From: Eledone cirrhosa
Taxonomy: Eukaryota
Assembly (NCBI GenBank): GCA_964016885.1
Contig: OZ024742.1
Location: forward strand, 162,936,001-163,000,000
Length of the DNA: 64,000 bases
Reading direction: 5' to 3'
The position numbers were made by a program, and so were the translations under genes. The notes under the pieces are model-generated. The model had not been told where the DNA came from. It saw only the letters and a program-made list of their open reading frames with translations, and searched no databases. This document shows positions 9,935 to 24,500 of this stretch, one piece after another (the first letter of the stretch is position 1; each line of letters opens with the position of its first letter).

Positions 9935-12599
9935 CCCTGATTTTTTTTTACAAATTATCTCCCCCTGATTTTTTTTTACAAATTATCTCCCCCTGATTTT
10001 TTTTTACAAATTATCTCCCCCTGATTTTTTTTTACAAATTATCTCCCCTTGATTTTTTTACAAATTATCTCCCCTTAGCTGGCTGGAAATTATCTCCCCT
10101 TGGAGGCTGGAATTTATCTCCCCTTGGACGGCTAGAAATTACCTCTCCTTGGACGGCTGGAAAATATGTCCTTGGACGGCTGGATATTATCTACCCTTGG
10201 ACGGCTGGAAATTATCTCCCCTTGGACGGCTGGAAATTATCTCCCCTTGGACGGCTAGATATTACCTCCCCTTGGACGGCTGGAAATTATCTCCCCTTGA
10301 TTTTTTTTACAAATTATCTCCCCCTGATTTTTTTTTACAAATTATCTCCCCCTGATTTTTTTTTACAAATTATCTACCCCTGATTTTTTTTTACAAATTA
10401 TCTCCCCCTGATTTTTTTTACAAATTATCTCTCCCTGATTTTTTTTTACAAATTATCTCCCCCTGATTTTTTTAAATATTATCTTCCCTTGGCTGGCGGG
10501 AAATTATCTCCCCTTGGACGGCTGAAAATTATCTCCCCTTGGACGGCTGGAAATTATCTCCCCTTGATTTTTTTACAAATTATCTCCCCCTGATTATTTT
10601 TTACAAATTATCTCCCCCTGATTTTTTTTTACAAATTATCTCCCCCTGATTTTTTTACAAATTATCTCCCCTTGGCTGGCTGGAAATTATCTCCCCTTGG
10701 AGGCTGGAATTTATCTCCCCTTGGACGGTTAGAAATTACCTCTCCTTGGACTGCTGGAAAATATGTCTCCTTGGACGGCTGGAAATTATCTCCCCTGCGA
10801 CGGCTGGAAATTATCTCCCCTTGGACGGCTGGAAATTATCTCTCCTCGGACGACTAGAAATTACCTCTCCTTGGACAGCTGAAAATTATCTCCCCTTGGA
10901 CGGCTGGAAATTATCTCCCCTTGATTTTTTTTACAAATTATCTCCCTCTGATTTTTTTTTACAAATTATCTCCCCCTGATTTTATTTTACAAATTATCTC
11001 CCCCTGATTTTTTTTACAAATTATCTGCCCCTGATATTTTTTACAAATTATCTCCCCCTGATTTTTTTACAAATTATCTCCCCTTGGCTGGCTGGAAATT
11101 ATCTCCCCTTGGAGGCTGGAATTTATCTCCCCTTGGACGGCTAGAAATTACCTCGCCTTGGACGGCTGGAAAATATGTCTCCTTGGACGGCTGGAAATTA
11201 TCTCCCCTTGGACGGCTGGAAATTATCTCCCCTTGGACGGCTAGATATTACCTCCCCTTGGACGGCTGGAAATTATCTCCCCTTGATTTTTTTTACAAAT
11301 TATCTCCGCCTGATTTTTTTTTACAAATTATCTCCCCCTGATTTTTTTTACAAATTATCTCCCCCTGATTTTTTTACAAATTATCTCCCCCCGATTTTTT
11401 TTACAAATTATATCCGCCTAATTTTTTTAAATATTATCTTCCCTTGGCTGGCGGGAAATTATCTCCCCTTGGACGGCTGAAAATTATCTCCCCTTGGACG
11501 GCTGGAAATTATCTCCCCTTGATTTTTTTACAAATTATCTCCCCCTGATTATTTTTTACAAATTATCTCCCCCTGATTTTTTTTTACAAATTATCTCCCT
11601 CTGATTTTTTTTACAAATTATCTCCCCTTGGCTGGCTGGAAATTATCTCCCCTTGGAGGCTGGAATTTATCTTCCCTTGGACGGTTAGAAATTACCTCTC
11701 CTTGGACTGCTGGAAAATATGTCTCCTTGGACGGCTGGAAATTATCTCCCCTTGGACGGCTGGAAATTATCTCCCCTTGGACGGCTGGAAATTATCTCTC
11801 CTCGGACGACTAGAAATTACCTCTCCTTGGACAGCTGAAAATTATCTCCCCTTGGACGGCTGGAAATTATCTCCCCTTGATTTTTTTTACAAATTATCTC
11901 CCCCTGATTTTTTTTACAAATTATCTCCCCCTGATTTTTTTTTACAAATTATCTCCCCCTGATATTTTTTACAAATTATCTCCCCCTGATATTTTTTACA
12001 AATTATCTCCCCCTGATTTTTTTACAAATTATCTCCCCTTGGCTGGCTGGAAATGATCTCCCCTTGGAGGCTGGAATTTATCTCCCCTTGGACGGCTAGA
12101 AATTACCTCCCCTTGGACGGCTGGAAATTATCTCCCCTTGGACGGCTAGATATTACCTCCCCTTGGACGGCTGGAAATTATCTCCCCTTGATTTTTTTTA
12201 CAATTTATCTCCCCCTGATTTTTTTTTACAAATTATCTCCCCCTGATTTTTTTTTACGAATTATCTCCCCCTGATTTTTTTTTACAAATTATCTCCGCCT
12301 GATTTTTTTTAAAAAATTATCTCCCTTGAACGGCTGGAAATTATCTCCCCTTGGACGGCTGGAAATTATCTCCCCTTGGACGGCTAGAAATTACCTCTCC
12401 TTGGACGGCTGAAAATTATCTCCCCTTGGACGGCTGCAAATTATCTCCCCTTGATTTTTTAACAAATTATCTCCCCCTGATTTTTTTTTACAAATTATCT
12501 CCCCCTGATTTTTTTTTACAAATTATCTACGCCTAATTTTTTTTACAAATTATCTCCCCCTGATTTTTTTTTACAAATTATCTCCCCCTGATTTTTTTT

Positions 12600-15500
12600 A
12601 CAAATTATCTCCACCTGATTTTTTTTTACAAATTATTTCCCCCTGATTTTTTTACAAATTATCTCCCCCCTGATTTTTTTTACAATCTCCGCCTGATTTT
12701 TTTAAAAATTATCTTCCCTTGGCTGGCGGGAAATTATCTCCCCTTGGACGGCTGGAAATTATATCCCCTTGGAAGGATGGAAATTATCTCCCCTTGGACG
12801 GCTGGAAATTATCTCCCCTTGGACGGCTGGAAATTATCTCCCCTTGGACAGCTGGAAATTATCTGCCCTTGATTTTGTTTTTACAAATTATCTCCCCCTG
12901 ATTTTTTTTACAAATTATCTCCACCTGATTTTTAAAAAAATTATCTCCCCTTGGACGGCTGGAAATTATCTCCCCTTGATTTTTTTACAAATTATCTCCC
13001 CCTGATTTTTTTTACAAATTATCTCCCCCTGATTTTTTTTACAAATTATCTCCCCCTGATTTTTTTACAAATTATCTCCCCCTGATTTTTTTTACAAATT
13101 ATCTCCGCCTGATTTTTTTAAATATTATCTTCCCTTGGCTGGCGGGAAATTATCTCCCCTTGGACGGCTGAAAATTATCTCCCCTTGGACGGCTGGAAAT
13201 TATCTCCCCTTGATTTTTTTTACAAATTATCTCCCCCTGATTTTTTTTTACAAATTATCTCCCCCTGATTTTTTTTTACAAATTATCTCCCCCTGATTTT
13301 TTTTTACAAATTATCTCACCCTGATTTTTTTTACAAATTATCTCCCCCTGATTTTTTTACAAATTATCTCCCCTTGGCTAGCTGGAAATTATCTCCCCTT
13401 GGAGGCTGGAATTTATCTCCCCTTGGACGGCTAGAAATTACCTCTCCTTGGACGGCTGGAAAATATGTCTCCTTGGACGGCTGGATATTATCTACCCTTG
13501 GACGGCTGGAAATTATCTCCCCTTGGACGGCTGGAAATTATCTCCCCTTGGACGGCTAGATATTACCTCCCCTTGGACGGCTGGAAATTATCTCCCCTTG
13601 ATTTTTTTACAAATTATCTCCCCCTGATTTTTTTACAAATTATCTCCCCCTGATTTTTTTTACAAATTATCTCCGCCTAATTTTTTTAAATATTATCTTC
13701 CCTTGGCTGGCGGGAAATTATCTCCCCTTGGACGGCTGAAAATTATCTCCCCTTGGACGGCTGGAAATTATCTCCCCTTGATTTTTTTTACAAATTATCT
13801 CCCCCTGATTTTTTTTTACAAATTATCTCCCCCTGATTTTTTTTACAAATTATCTCCCCCTGATTTTTTTTACAAATTATCTCCCCTTGGCTGGCTGGAA
13901 ATTATCTCCCCTTGGAGGCTGGAATTTATCTCCCCTTGGACGGCTAGAAATTACCTCTCCTTGGACGGCTGGAAAATATGTCCTTGGACGGCTGGATATT
14001 ATCTACCCTTGGACGGCTGGAAATTATCTCCCCTTGGACGGCTGGAAATTATCTCCCCTTGGACGGCTAGATATTACCTCCCCTTGGACGGCTGGAAATT
14101 ATCTCCCCTTGATTTTTTTTACAATTTATCTCCCCCTGATTTTTTTTTACAAATTATCTCCCCCTGATTTTTTTTTACGAATTATCTCCCCCTGATTTTT
14201 TTTTACAAATTATCTCCGCCTGATTTTTTTTTAAAAATTATCTCCCCTTGAACGGCTGGAAATTATCTCCCCTTGGACGGCTGGAAATTATCTCCCCTTG
14301 GACGGCTAGAAATTACCTCTCCTTGGACGGCTGAAAATTATCTCCCCTTGGACGGCTGCAAATTATCTCCCCTTGATTTTTTAACAAATTATCTCCCCCT
14401 GATTTTTTTTTACAAATTATCTCCCCCTGATTTTTTTTTACAAATTATCTACGCCTAATTTTTTTACAAATTATCTCCCCCTGATTTTTTTTTACAAATT
14501 ATCTCCCCCTGATTTTTTTTACAAATTATCTCCCCCTGATTTTTTTTTACAAATTATTTCCCCCTGATTTTTTTACAAATTATCTCCCCCCTGATTTTTT
14601 TTACAATCTCCGCCTGATTTTTTTAATAATTATCTTCCCTTGGCTGGCGGGAAATTATCTCCCCTTGGACGGCTGGAAATTATATCCCCTTGGAAGGATG
14701 GAAATTATCTCCCCTTGGACGGCTGGAAATTATCTCCCCTTGGACGGCTGGAAATTATCTGCCCTTGATTTTGTTTTTACAAATTATCTCCCCCTGATTT
14801 TTTTTACAAATTATCTCCACCTGATTTTTAAAAAAATTATCTCCCCTTGGACGGCTGGAAATTATCTCCCCTTGATTTTTTTACAAATTATCTCCCCCTG
14901 ATTTTTTTTACAAATTATCTCCGCCTGATTTTTTTAAATATTATCTTCCCTTGGCTGGCGGGAAATTATCTCCCCTTGGACGGCTGAAAATTATCTCCCC
15001 TTGGACGGCTGGAAATTATCTCCCCTTGATTTTTTTTACAAATTATCTCCCCCTGATTTTTTTTTACAAATTATCTCCCCCTGATTTTTTTTTACAAATT
15101 ATCTCCCCCTGATTTTTTTTTACAAATTATCTCACCCTGATTTTTTTTACAAATTATCTCCCCCTGATTTTTTTACAAATTATCTCCCCTTGGCTGGCTG
15201 GAAATTATCTCCCCTTGGAGGCTGGAATTTATCTCCCCTTGGACGGCTAGAAATTACCTCTCCTTGGACGGCTGGAAAATATGTCTCCTTGGACGGCTGG
15301 ATATTATCTACCCTTGGACGGCTGGAAATTATCTCCCCTTGGACGGCTGGAAATTATCTCCCCTTGGACGGCTAGATATTACCTCCCCTTGGACGGCTGG
15401 AAATTATCTCCCCTTGATTTTTTTACAAATTATCTCCCCCTGATTTTTTTACAAATTATCTCCCCCTGATTTTTTTTACAAATTATCTCCGCCTAATTTT

Positions 15501-18500
15501 TTTAAATATTATCTTCCCTTGGCTGGCGGGAAATTATCTCCCCTTGGACGGCTGAAAATTATCTCCCCTTGGACGGCTGGAAATTATCTCCCCTTGATTT
15601 TTTTTACAAATTATCTCCCCCTGATTTTTTTTTACAAATTATCTCCCCCTGATTTTTTTTACAAATTATCTCCCCCTGATTTTTTTACAAATTATCTCCC
15701 CTTGGCTGGCTGGAAATTATCTCCCCTTGGAGGCTGGAATTTATCTCCCCTTGGACGGCTAGAAATTACCTCTCCTTGGACGGCTGGAAAATATGTCCTT
15801 GGACGGCTGGATATTATCTACCCTTGGACGGCTGGAAATTATCTCCCCTTGGACGGCTGGAAATTATCTCCCCTTGGACGGCTAGATATTACCTCCCCTT
15901 GGACGGCTGGAAATTATCTCCCCTTGATTTTTTTTACAAATTATCTCCCCCTGATTTTTTTTTACAAATTATCTCCCCCTGATTTTTTTTTACAAATTAT
16001 CTCCCCCTGATTTTTTTTTACAAATTATCTACCCCTGATTTTTTTTTACAAATTAGCTCTCCCTGATTTTTTTTACAAATTATCTCCCCCTGATTTTTTT
16101 TTACAAATTATCTCCCCCTGATTTTTTTTTACAAATTATCTACCCCTGATTTTTTTTACAAATTATCTCCCCCTGATTTTTTTTACAAATTATCTCCCCC
16201 TGATTTTGTTTACAAATTATCTCCCCCTGATTTTTTTACAAATTATCTCCCCGTGATTTTTTTTACAAATTATCTCCGCCTAATTTTTTTAAATATTATC
16301 TTCCCTTGGCTGGCGGGAAATTATCTCCCCTTGGACGGGTGAAAATTATCTCTCCTTGGACGGCTGGAAATTATCTCCCCTTGATTTTTTTACAAATTAT
16401 CTCCCCCTGATTATTTTTTACAAATTATCTCCCCCTGATTTTTTTTTACAAATTATCTCCCCCTGATTTTTTTTACAAATTATCTCCCCCTGATTTTTTT
16501 ACAAATTATCTCCCCTTGGCTGGCTGGAAATTATCTCCCCTTGGAGGCTGGAATTTATCTCCCCTTGGACGGTTAGAAATTACCTCTCCTTGGACGGCTG
16601 GAAAATATGTCTCCTTGGACGGCTGGAAATTATCGCCCCTTGGACGGCTGGAAATTATCTCCCCTTGGACGGCTGGAAATTATCTCTCCTCGGACGGCTA
16701 GAAATTACCTCTCCTTGGACAGCTGAAAATTATCTCCCCTTGGACGGCTGGAAATTATCTCCACTTGATTTTTTTTACAAATTATCTCCCCCTGATTTTT
16801 TTTACAAATTATCTCCCCCTGATTTTTTTTTACAAATTATCTCCCCCTGATATTTTTTACAAATTATCTCCCCCTGATTTTTTTACAAATTATCTCCCCT
16901 TGGCTGGCTGGAAATTATCTCCCCTTGGAGGCTGGAATTTATCTCCCCTTAGACGGCTAGAAATTACCTCGCCTTGGACGGCTGGAAAATATGTCTCCTT
17001 GGACGGCTGGAAATTATCTCCCCTTGGACGGCTGGAAATTATCTCCCCTTGGACGGCTGGAAATTATCTCCCCTTGGACGGCTAGATATTACCTCCCCTT
17101 GGACGGCTGGAAATTATCTCCCCTTGGACGGCTAGATATTACCTCCCCTTGGACGGCTGGAAATTATCTCCCCTTGATTTTTTTTACAAATTATCTCCCC
17201 CTGATTTTTTTTTACAAATTATCTCCCCCTGATTTTTTTTTACGAATTATCTCCCCCCGATTTTTTTTTACAAATTATCTCTGCCTGATTTTTTAAAAAA
17301 AATTATCTCCCCTTGAACGGCTGGAAATTATCTCCCCTTGGACGGCTGGAAATTATCTCCCCTTGGACGGCTAGAAATTACCTCTCCTTGGACGGCTGAA
17401 AATTATCTCCCCTTGGACGGCTGCAAATTATCTCCCCTTGATTTTTTAACAAATTATCTCCCCCTGATTTTTTTTTACAAATTATCTCCCCCTGATTTTT
17501 TTTTTAAAATTATCTCCCCCTGATTTTTTTACAAATTATCTCCCCCTGATTTTTTTTACAATCTCCGCCTGATTTTTTTAAAAATTATCTTCCCTTGGCT
17601 GGCGGGAAATTATCTCCCCTTGGACGGCTGGAAATTATATCCCCTTGGAAGGATGGAAATTATCTCCCCTTGGACGGCTGGAAATTATCTCCCCTTGGAC
17701 GGCTGGAAATTATCTCCCCTTGGACAGCTGGAAATTATCTGCCCTTGATTTTGTTTTTACAAATTATCTCCCCCTGATTTTTTTTACAAATTATCTCCAC
17801 CTGATTTTTTCAAAAATTATCTCCCCTTGGACGGCTGAAAATTATCTCCCCTTGATTTTTTTACAAATTATCTCCCCCTGATTTTTTTTACAAATTATCT
17901 CCCCCTGATTTTTTGTTACAAATTATCTCCCCCTGATTTTTTTACAAATTATCTCCCCCTGATTTTTTTTACAAATTATCTCCGCCTGATTTTTTTAAAT
18001 ATTATCTTCCCTTGGCTGGCGGGAAATTATCTCCCCTTGGACGGCTGAAAATTATCTCCCCTTGGACGGCTGGAAATTATCTCCCCCTGATTTTTTTTAC
18101 AAATTATCTCCCCCTGATTTTTTTTTACAAATTATCTCCCCCTGATTTTTTTTTACAAATTATCTGCCCCTGATTTTTTTTACAAATTATCTCCCCCTGA
18201 TTTTTTTACAAATTATCTCCCCTTGGCTGGCTGGAAATTATCTCCCCTTGGAGGCTGGAATTTATCTCCCCTTGGACGGCTAGAAATTACCTCTCCTTGG
18301 ACGGCTGGAAAATATTTCTCCTTGGACGGCTGGATATTATCTACCCTTGGACGGGTGGAAATTATCTCCCCTTAGACGGCTGGAAATTATCTCCCCTTGG
18401 ACGGCTAGATATTACCTCCCCTTGGACGGCTGGAAATTATCTCCCCTTGATTTTTTTTACAAATTATCTCCCCCTGATTTTTTTTTACAAATTATCTCCC

Positions 18501-20110
18501 CCTGATTTTTTTTACAAATTATCTCCCCCTGATTTTTTTACAAATTATCTCCCCCCGATTTTTTTTACAAATTATATCCGCCTAATTTTTTTAAATATTA
18601 TCTTCCCTTGGCTGGCGGGAAATTATCTCCCCTTGGACGGCTGAAAATTATCTCCCCTTGGACGGCTGGAAATTATCTCCCCTTGATTTTTTTACAAATT
18701 ATCTCCCCCTGATTATTTTTTACAAATTATCTCCCCCTGATTTTTTTTTACAAATTATCTCCCTCTGATTTTTTTTACAAATTATCTCCCCTTGGCTGGC
18801 TGGAAATTATCTCCCCTTGGAGGCTGGAATTTATCTCCCCTTGGACGGTTAGAAATTACCTCTCCTTGGACTGCTGGAAAATATGTCTCCTTGGACGGCT
18901 GGAAATTATCTCCCCTTGGACGGCTGGAAATTATCTCCCCTTGGACGGCTGGAAATTATCTCTCCTCGGACGACTAGAAATTACCTCTCCTTGGACAGCT
19001 GAAAATTATCTCCCCTTGGACGGCTGGAAATTATCTCCCCTTGATTTTTTTTACAAATTATCTCCCCCTGATTTTTTTTACAAATTATCTCCCCCTGATT
19101 TTTTTTTACAAATTATCTCCACCTGATTTTTTTTTACAAATTATCTGCCCCTGATTTTTTTAACAAATTATCTCCCCCTGATTTTTTTACAAATTATCTC
19201 CCCTTGGCTGGCTGGAAATTATCTCCCCTTGGAGGCTGGAATTTATCTCCCTTTGGACGGCTAGAAATTACCTCTCCTTGGACGGCTGGAAAATATTTCT
19301 CCTTGGACGGCTGGATATTATCTACCCTTGGACGGGTGGAAATTATCTCCCCTTGGACGGCTGGAAATTATCTCCCCTTGGAAAGCTAGATATTACCTCC
19401 CCTTGGACGGCTGGAAATTATCTCCCCTTGATTTTTTTTACAAATTATCTCCCCCTGATTTTTTTTTACAAATTATCTCCCCCTGATTTTTTTACAAATT
19501 ATCTCCCCCTGATTTTTTTTACAAATTATCTCCGCCTGATTTTTTAAAATATTATCTTCTCTTGGCTGGCGGGAAATTATCTCCCCTTGGACGGCTGAAA
19601 ATTATCTCCCCTTGGACGGCTGGAAATTATCTCCCCTTGATTTTTTTTACAAATTATCTCCCCCTGATTTTTTTTTACAAATTATCTCCCCCTGATTTTT
19701 TTTTACAAATTATCTCCCCCTGATTTTTTTTTACAAATTATCTCCCCCTGATTTTTTTTACAAATTATCTCCCCCTGATTTTTTTACAAATTATCTCCCC
19801 TTAGCTGGCTGGAAATTATCTCCCCTTGGAGGCTGGAATTTATCTCCCCTTGGACGGCTAGAAATTACCTCTCCTTGGACGGCTGGAAAATATGTCCTTG
19901 GACGGCTGGATATTATCTACCCTTGGACGGCTGGAAATTATCTCCCCTTGGACGGCTGGAAATTATCTCCCCTTGGACGGCTAGATATTAGCTCCCCTTG
20001 GACGGCTGGAAATTATCTACCCCTGATTTTTTTTTACAAATTATCTCCCCCTGATTTTTTTTACAAATTATCTCTCCCTGATTTTTTTTTACAAATTATC
20101 TCCCCCTGAT
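12600..20110 (+). repeat. Near-identical copy of ~1430-8950 (offset 11,139-11,168 bp)
   Basis: ORF pairs: 1551/12719, 2206/13374, 4351/15519 and 5348/16516 (11,168); 6199/17338 (11,139); 7628/18792 and 8040/19204 (11,164). Confidence 0.9.
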
Positions 20111-20149
20111 TTTTTTTTACAAATTATCTACCCCTGATTTTTTTTTACA

Positions 20150-21510
20150 AATTATCTCCCCCTGATTTTTTTTACAAATTATCTCCCCCTGATTTTTTTT
20201 TACAAATTATCTCACCCTGATTTTTTTTACAAATTATATCCCCCTGATTTTTTTACAAATTATCTCCCCTTGGCTGGCTGGAAATTATCTCCCCTTGGAG
20301 GCTGGAATTTATCTCCCCTTGGACGGCTAGAAATTACCTCTCCTTGGACGGCTGGAAAATATGTCTCCTTGGACGGCTGGATATTATCTACCCTTGGACG
20401 GCTGGAAATTATATCCCCTTGGACGGCTGGAAATTATCTCCCCTTGGACGGCTGGAAATTATCTCCCCTTGGACGGCTGGAAATTATCTCCCCTTGGACG
20501 GCTAGATATTACCTCCCCTTGGACGGCTGGAAATTATCTCCCCTTGATTTTTTTTACAAATTATCTCCCCCTGATTTTTTTTTACAAATTATCTCCCCCT
20601 GATTTTTTTTTACGAATCATCTCCCCCTGATTTTTTTTTAGAAATTATCTCCGCCTGATTTTTTTTTTTAAATTATCTCCCCTTGGACGGCTAGAAATTA
20701 CCTCTCCTTGGACGGCTGAAAATTATCTCCCCTTGGACGGCTGCAAATTATCTCCCCTTGATTTTTTAACAAATTATCTCCCCCTGATTTTTTTTTACAA
20801 ATTATCTCCCCCTGATTTTTTTTTACAAATTATCTCCCCCTGATTTTTTTTTACAAATTATCTCCCCCTGATTTTTTTTTACAAATTATCTCACCCTGAT
20901 TTTTTTTACAAATTATCTCCCCCTGATTTTTTTACAAATTATCTCCCCTTGGCTGGCTGGAAATTATCTCCCCTTGGAGGCTGGAATTTATCTCCCCTTG
21001 GACGGCTAGAAATTACCACTCCTTGGACGGCTGGAAAATATGTCTCCTTGGACGGCTGGATATTATCTACCCTTGGACGGCTGGAAATTATATCCCCTTG
21101 GACGGCTGGAAATTATCTCCCCTTGGACGGCTGGAAATTATCTCCCCTTGGACGGCTGGAAATTATCTCCCCTTGGACGGCTAGATATTACCTCCCCTTG
21201 GACGGCTGGAAATTATCTCCCCTTGATTTTTTTTACAAATTATCTCCCCCTGATTTTTTTTTACAAATTATCTCCCCCTGATTTTTTTTTACGAATCATC
21301 TCCCCCTGATTTTTTTTTAGAAATTATCTCCGCCTGATTTTTTTTTTAAAATTATCTCCCCTTGGACGGCTAGAAATTACCTCTCCTTGGACGGCTGAAA
21401 ATTATCTCCCCTTGGACGGCTGCAAATTATCTCCCCTTGATTTTTTAACAAATTATCTCCCCCTGATTTTTTTTTACAAATTATCTCCCCCTGATTTTTT
21501 TTTACAAATT
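20150..21510 (+). repeat. 679-bp tandem duplication with an expanded 11xA L cassette
   Basis: ORF pairs 20270/20949 and 20361/21040. The markers ACGAATCATC and TTAGAAATT occur in both copies. Confidence 0.88.
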
Positions 21511-24500
21511 ATCTACGCCTAATTTTTTTTACAAATTATCTCCCCCTGATTTTTTTTTACAAATTATCTCCCCCTGATTTTTTTTACAAATTATCTCCCC
21601 CTGATTTTTTTTTACAAATTATCCCCCTGATTTTTTTACAAATTATCTCCCCTCTGATTTTTTTTACAATCTCCGCCTGATTTTTTAAAAAATTATCTTC
21701 CCTTGGCTGGCGGGAAATTATCTCCCCTTGGACGGCTGGAAATTATATCCCCTTGGACGGCTGGAAATTACCTCCCCTTGGACAGCTGGAAATTATCTGC
21801 CCTTGATTTTGTTTTTACAAATTATCTCCCCCTGATTTTTTTTACAAATTATCTCCACCTGATTTTTTAAAAAATTATCTCCCTTTGGACGGCTGGAAAT
21901 TATCTCCCCTTGATTTTTTTACAAATTATCTCCCCCTGATTTTTTTTACAAATTATCTCCCCCTGATTTTTTTTTTACAAATTATCTCCCCCTGATTTTT
22001 TTACAAATTATCTCCCCCTGATTTTTTTTACAAATTATCTCCGCCTGATTTTTTTAAATATTATCTTCTCTTGGCTGGCGGGAAATTATCTCCCCTTGGA
22101 CGGCTGAAAATTATCTCCCCTTGGACGGCTGGAAATTATCTCCCCTTGATTTTTTTTACAAATTATCTCCCCCTGATTTTTTTTTACAAATTATCTCCCC
22201 CTGATTTTTTTTTACAAATTATCTCCCCCTGATTTTTTTTTACAAATTATCTCCCCCTGATTTTTTTACAAATTATCTCCCCCTGATTTTTTTACAAATT
22301 ATCTCCCCTTAGCTGGCTGGAAATTATCTCCCCTTGGAGGCTGGAATTTATCTCCCCTTGGACGGCTAGAAATTACCTCTCCTTGGACGGCTGGAAAATA
22401 TGTCCTTGGACGGCTGGATATTATCTACCCTTGGACGGCTGGAAATTATCTCCCCTTGGACGGCTGGAAATTATCTCCCCTTGGACGGCTAGATATTAGC
22501 TCCCCTTGGACGGCTGGAAATTATCTCCCCTTGATTTTTTTTACAAATTATCTCCCCCTGATTTTTTTTTACAAATTATCACCCCCTGATTTTTTTTTAC
22601 AAATTATCTACCCCTGATTTTTTTTTACAAATTATCTCCCCCTGATTTTTTTTACAAATTATCTCTCCCTGATTTTTTTTTACAAATTATCTCCCCCTGA
22701 TTTTTTTTTACAAATTATCTACCCCTGATTTTTTTTTACAAATTATCTCCCCCTAATTTTTTTTACAAATTATCTCCCCCTGATTTTTTTTACAAATTAT
22801 CTCCCCCTGATTTTTTTACAAATTATCTCCCCCCGATTTTTTTTACAAATTATCTCCGCCTAATTTTTTTAAATATTATCTTCCCTTGGCTGGCGGGAAA
22901 TTATCTCCCCTTGGACGGCTGAAAATTATCTCCCCTTGGACGGCTGGAAATTATCTCCCCTTGATTTTTTTACAAATTATCTCCCCCTGATTATTTTTTA
23001 CAAATTATCTCCCCCTGATTTTTTTTTACAAATTATCTCCCTCTGATTTTTTTTACAAATTATCTCCCCTTGGCTGGCTGGAAATTATCTCCCCTTGGAG
23101 GCTGGAATTTATCTCCCCTTGGACGGTTAGAAATTACCTCTCCTTGGACTGCTGGAAAATATGTCTCCTTGGACGGCTGGAAATTATCTCCCCTTGGACG
23201 GCTGGAAATTATCTCCCCTTGGACAGCTGGAAATTATCTCTCCTCGGACGACTAGAAATTACCTCTCCTTGGACAGCTGAAAATTATCTCCCCTTGGACG
23301 GCTGGAAATTATCTCCCCTTGATTTTTTTTACAAATTATCTCCCCCTGATTTTTTTTACAAATTATCTCCCCCTAATTTTTTTTTACAAATTATCTCCCC
23401 CTGATTTTTTTTACAAATTATCTCCCCCTGATATTTTTTACAAATTATCTCCCCCTGATTTTTTTACAAATTATCTCCCCTTGGCTGGCTGGAAATTATC
23501 TCCCCTTGGAGGCTGGAATTTATCTCCCCTTGGACGGCTAGAAATTACCTCGCCTTGGACGGCTGGAAAATATGTCTCTTGGACGGCTGGAAATTATCTC
23601 CCCTTGGACGGCTGGAAATTATCTCCCCTTGGACGGCTGGAAATTATCTCCCCTTGGACGGCTAGATATTACCTCCCCTTGGACGGCTGGAAATTATCTC
23701 CCCTTGATTTTTTTTACAATTTATCTCCCCCTGATTTTTTTTTACAAATTATCTCCCCCTGATTTTTTTTTACGAATTATCTCACCCTGATTTTTTTTTA
23801 AAAATTATCTCCCCTTGAACGGCTGGAAATTATCTCCCCTTGGACGGCTGGAAATTATCTCCCCTTGGACGGCTAGAAATTACCTCTCCTTGGACGGCTG
23901 AAAATTATCTCCCCTTGGACGGCTGCAAATTATCTCCCCTTGATTTTTTAACAAATTATCTCCCCCTGATTTTTTTTTACAAATTATCTCCCCCTGATTT
24001 TTTTTTACAAATTATCTACGCCTAATTTTTTTTACTAATTATCTCCCCCTGATTTTTTTTACAAATTATCTCCCCCTGATTTTTTTTACAAATTATCTCC
24101 CCCTGATTTTTTTTTACAAATTATTTCCCCCTGATTTTTTTACAAATTATCTCCCCCCTGATTTTTTTTACAATCTCCGCCTGATTTTTTAAAAAATTAT
24201 CTTCCCTTGGCTGGCGGGAAATTATCTCCCCTTGGACGGCTGGAAATTATATCCCCTTGGAAGGATGGAAATTATCTCCCCTTGGACGGCTGGAAATTAT
24301 CTCCCCTTGGACGGCTGGAAATTATCTCCCCTTGGACAGCTGGAAATTATCTGCCCTTGATTTTGTTTTTACAAATTATCTACCCCTGATTTTTTTTACA
24401 AATTATCTCCACCTGATTTTTAAAAAAATTATCTTCTCTTGGACGGCTGGAAATTATCTCCCCTTGGACGGCTGAAAATTATCTCCCCTTGGACGGCTGG

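Noticed and set aside
7084-11960. Round-number offsets (exactly 4,000 for 7084/11084 and 7628/11628; 19,999) as a sign of synthetic construction
   Set aside because: The paired segments differ by SNPs, most other offsets are not round, and the nested mutation history looks natural. This is probably coincidence.
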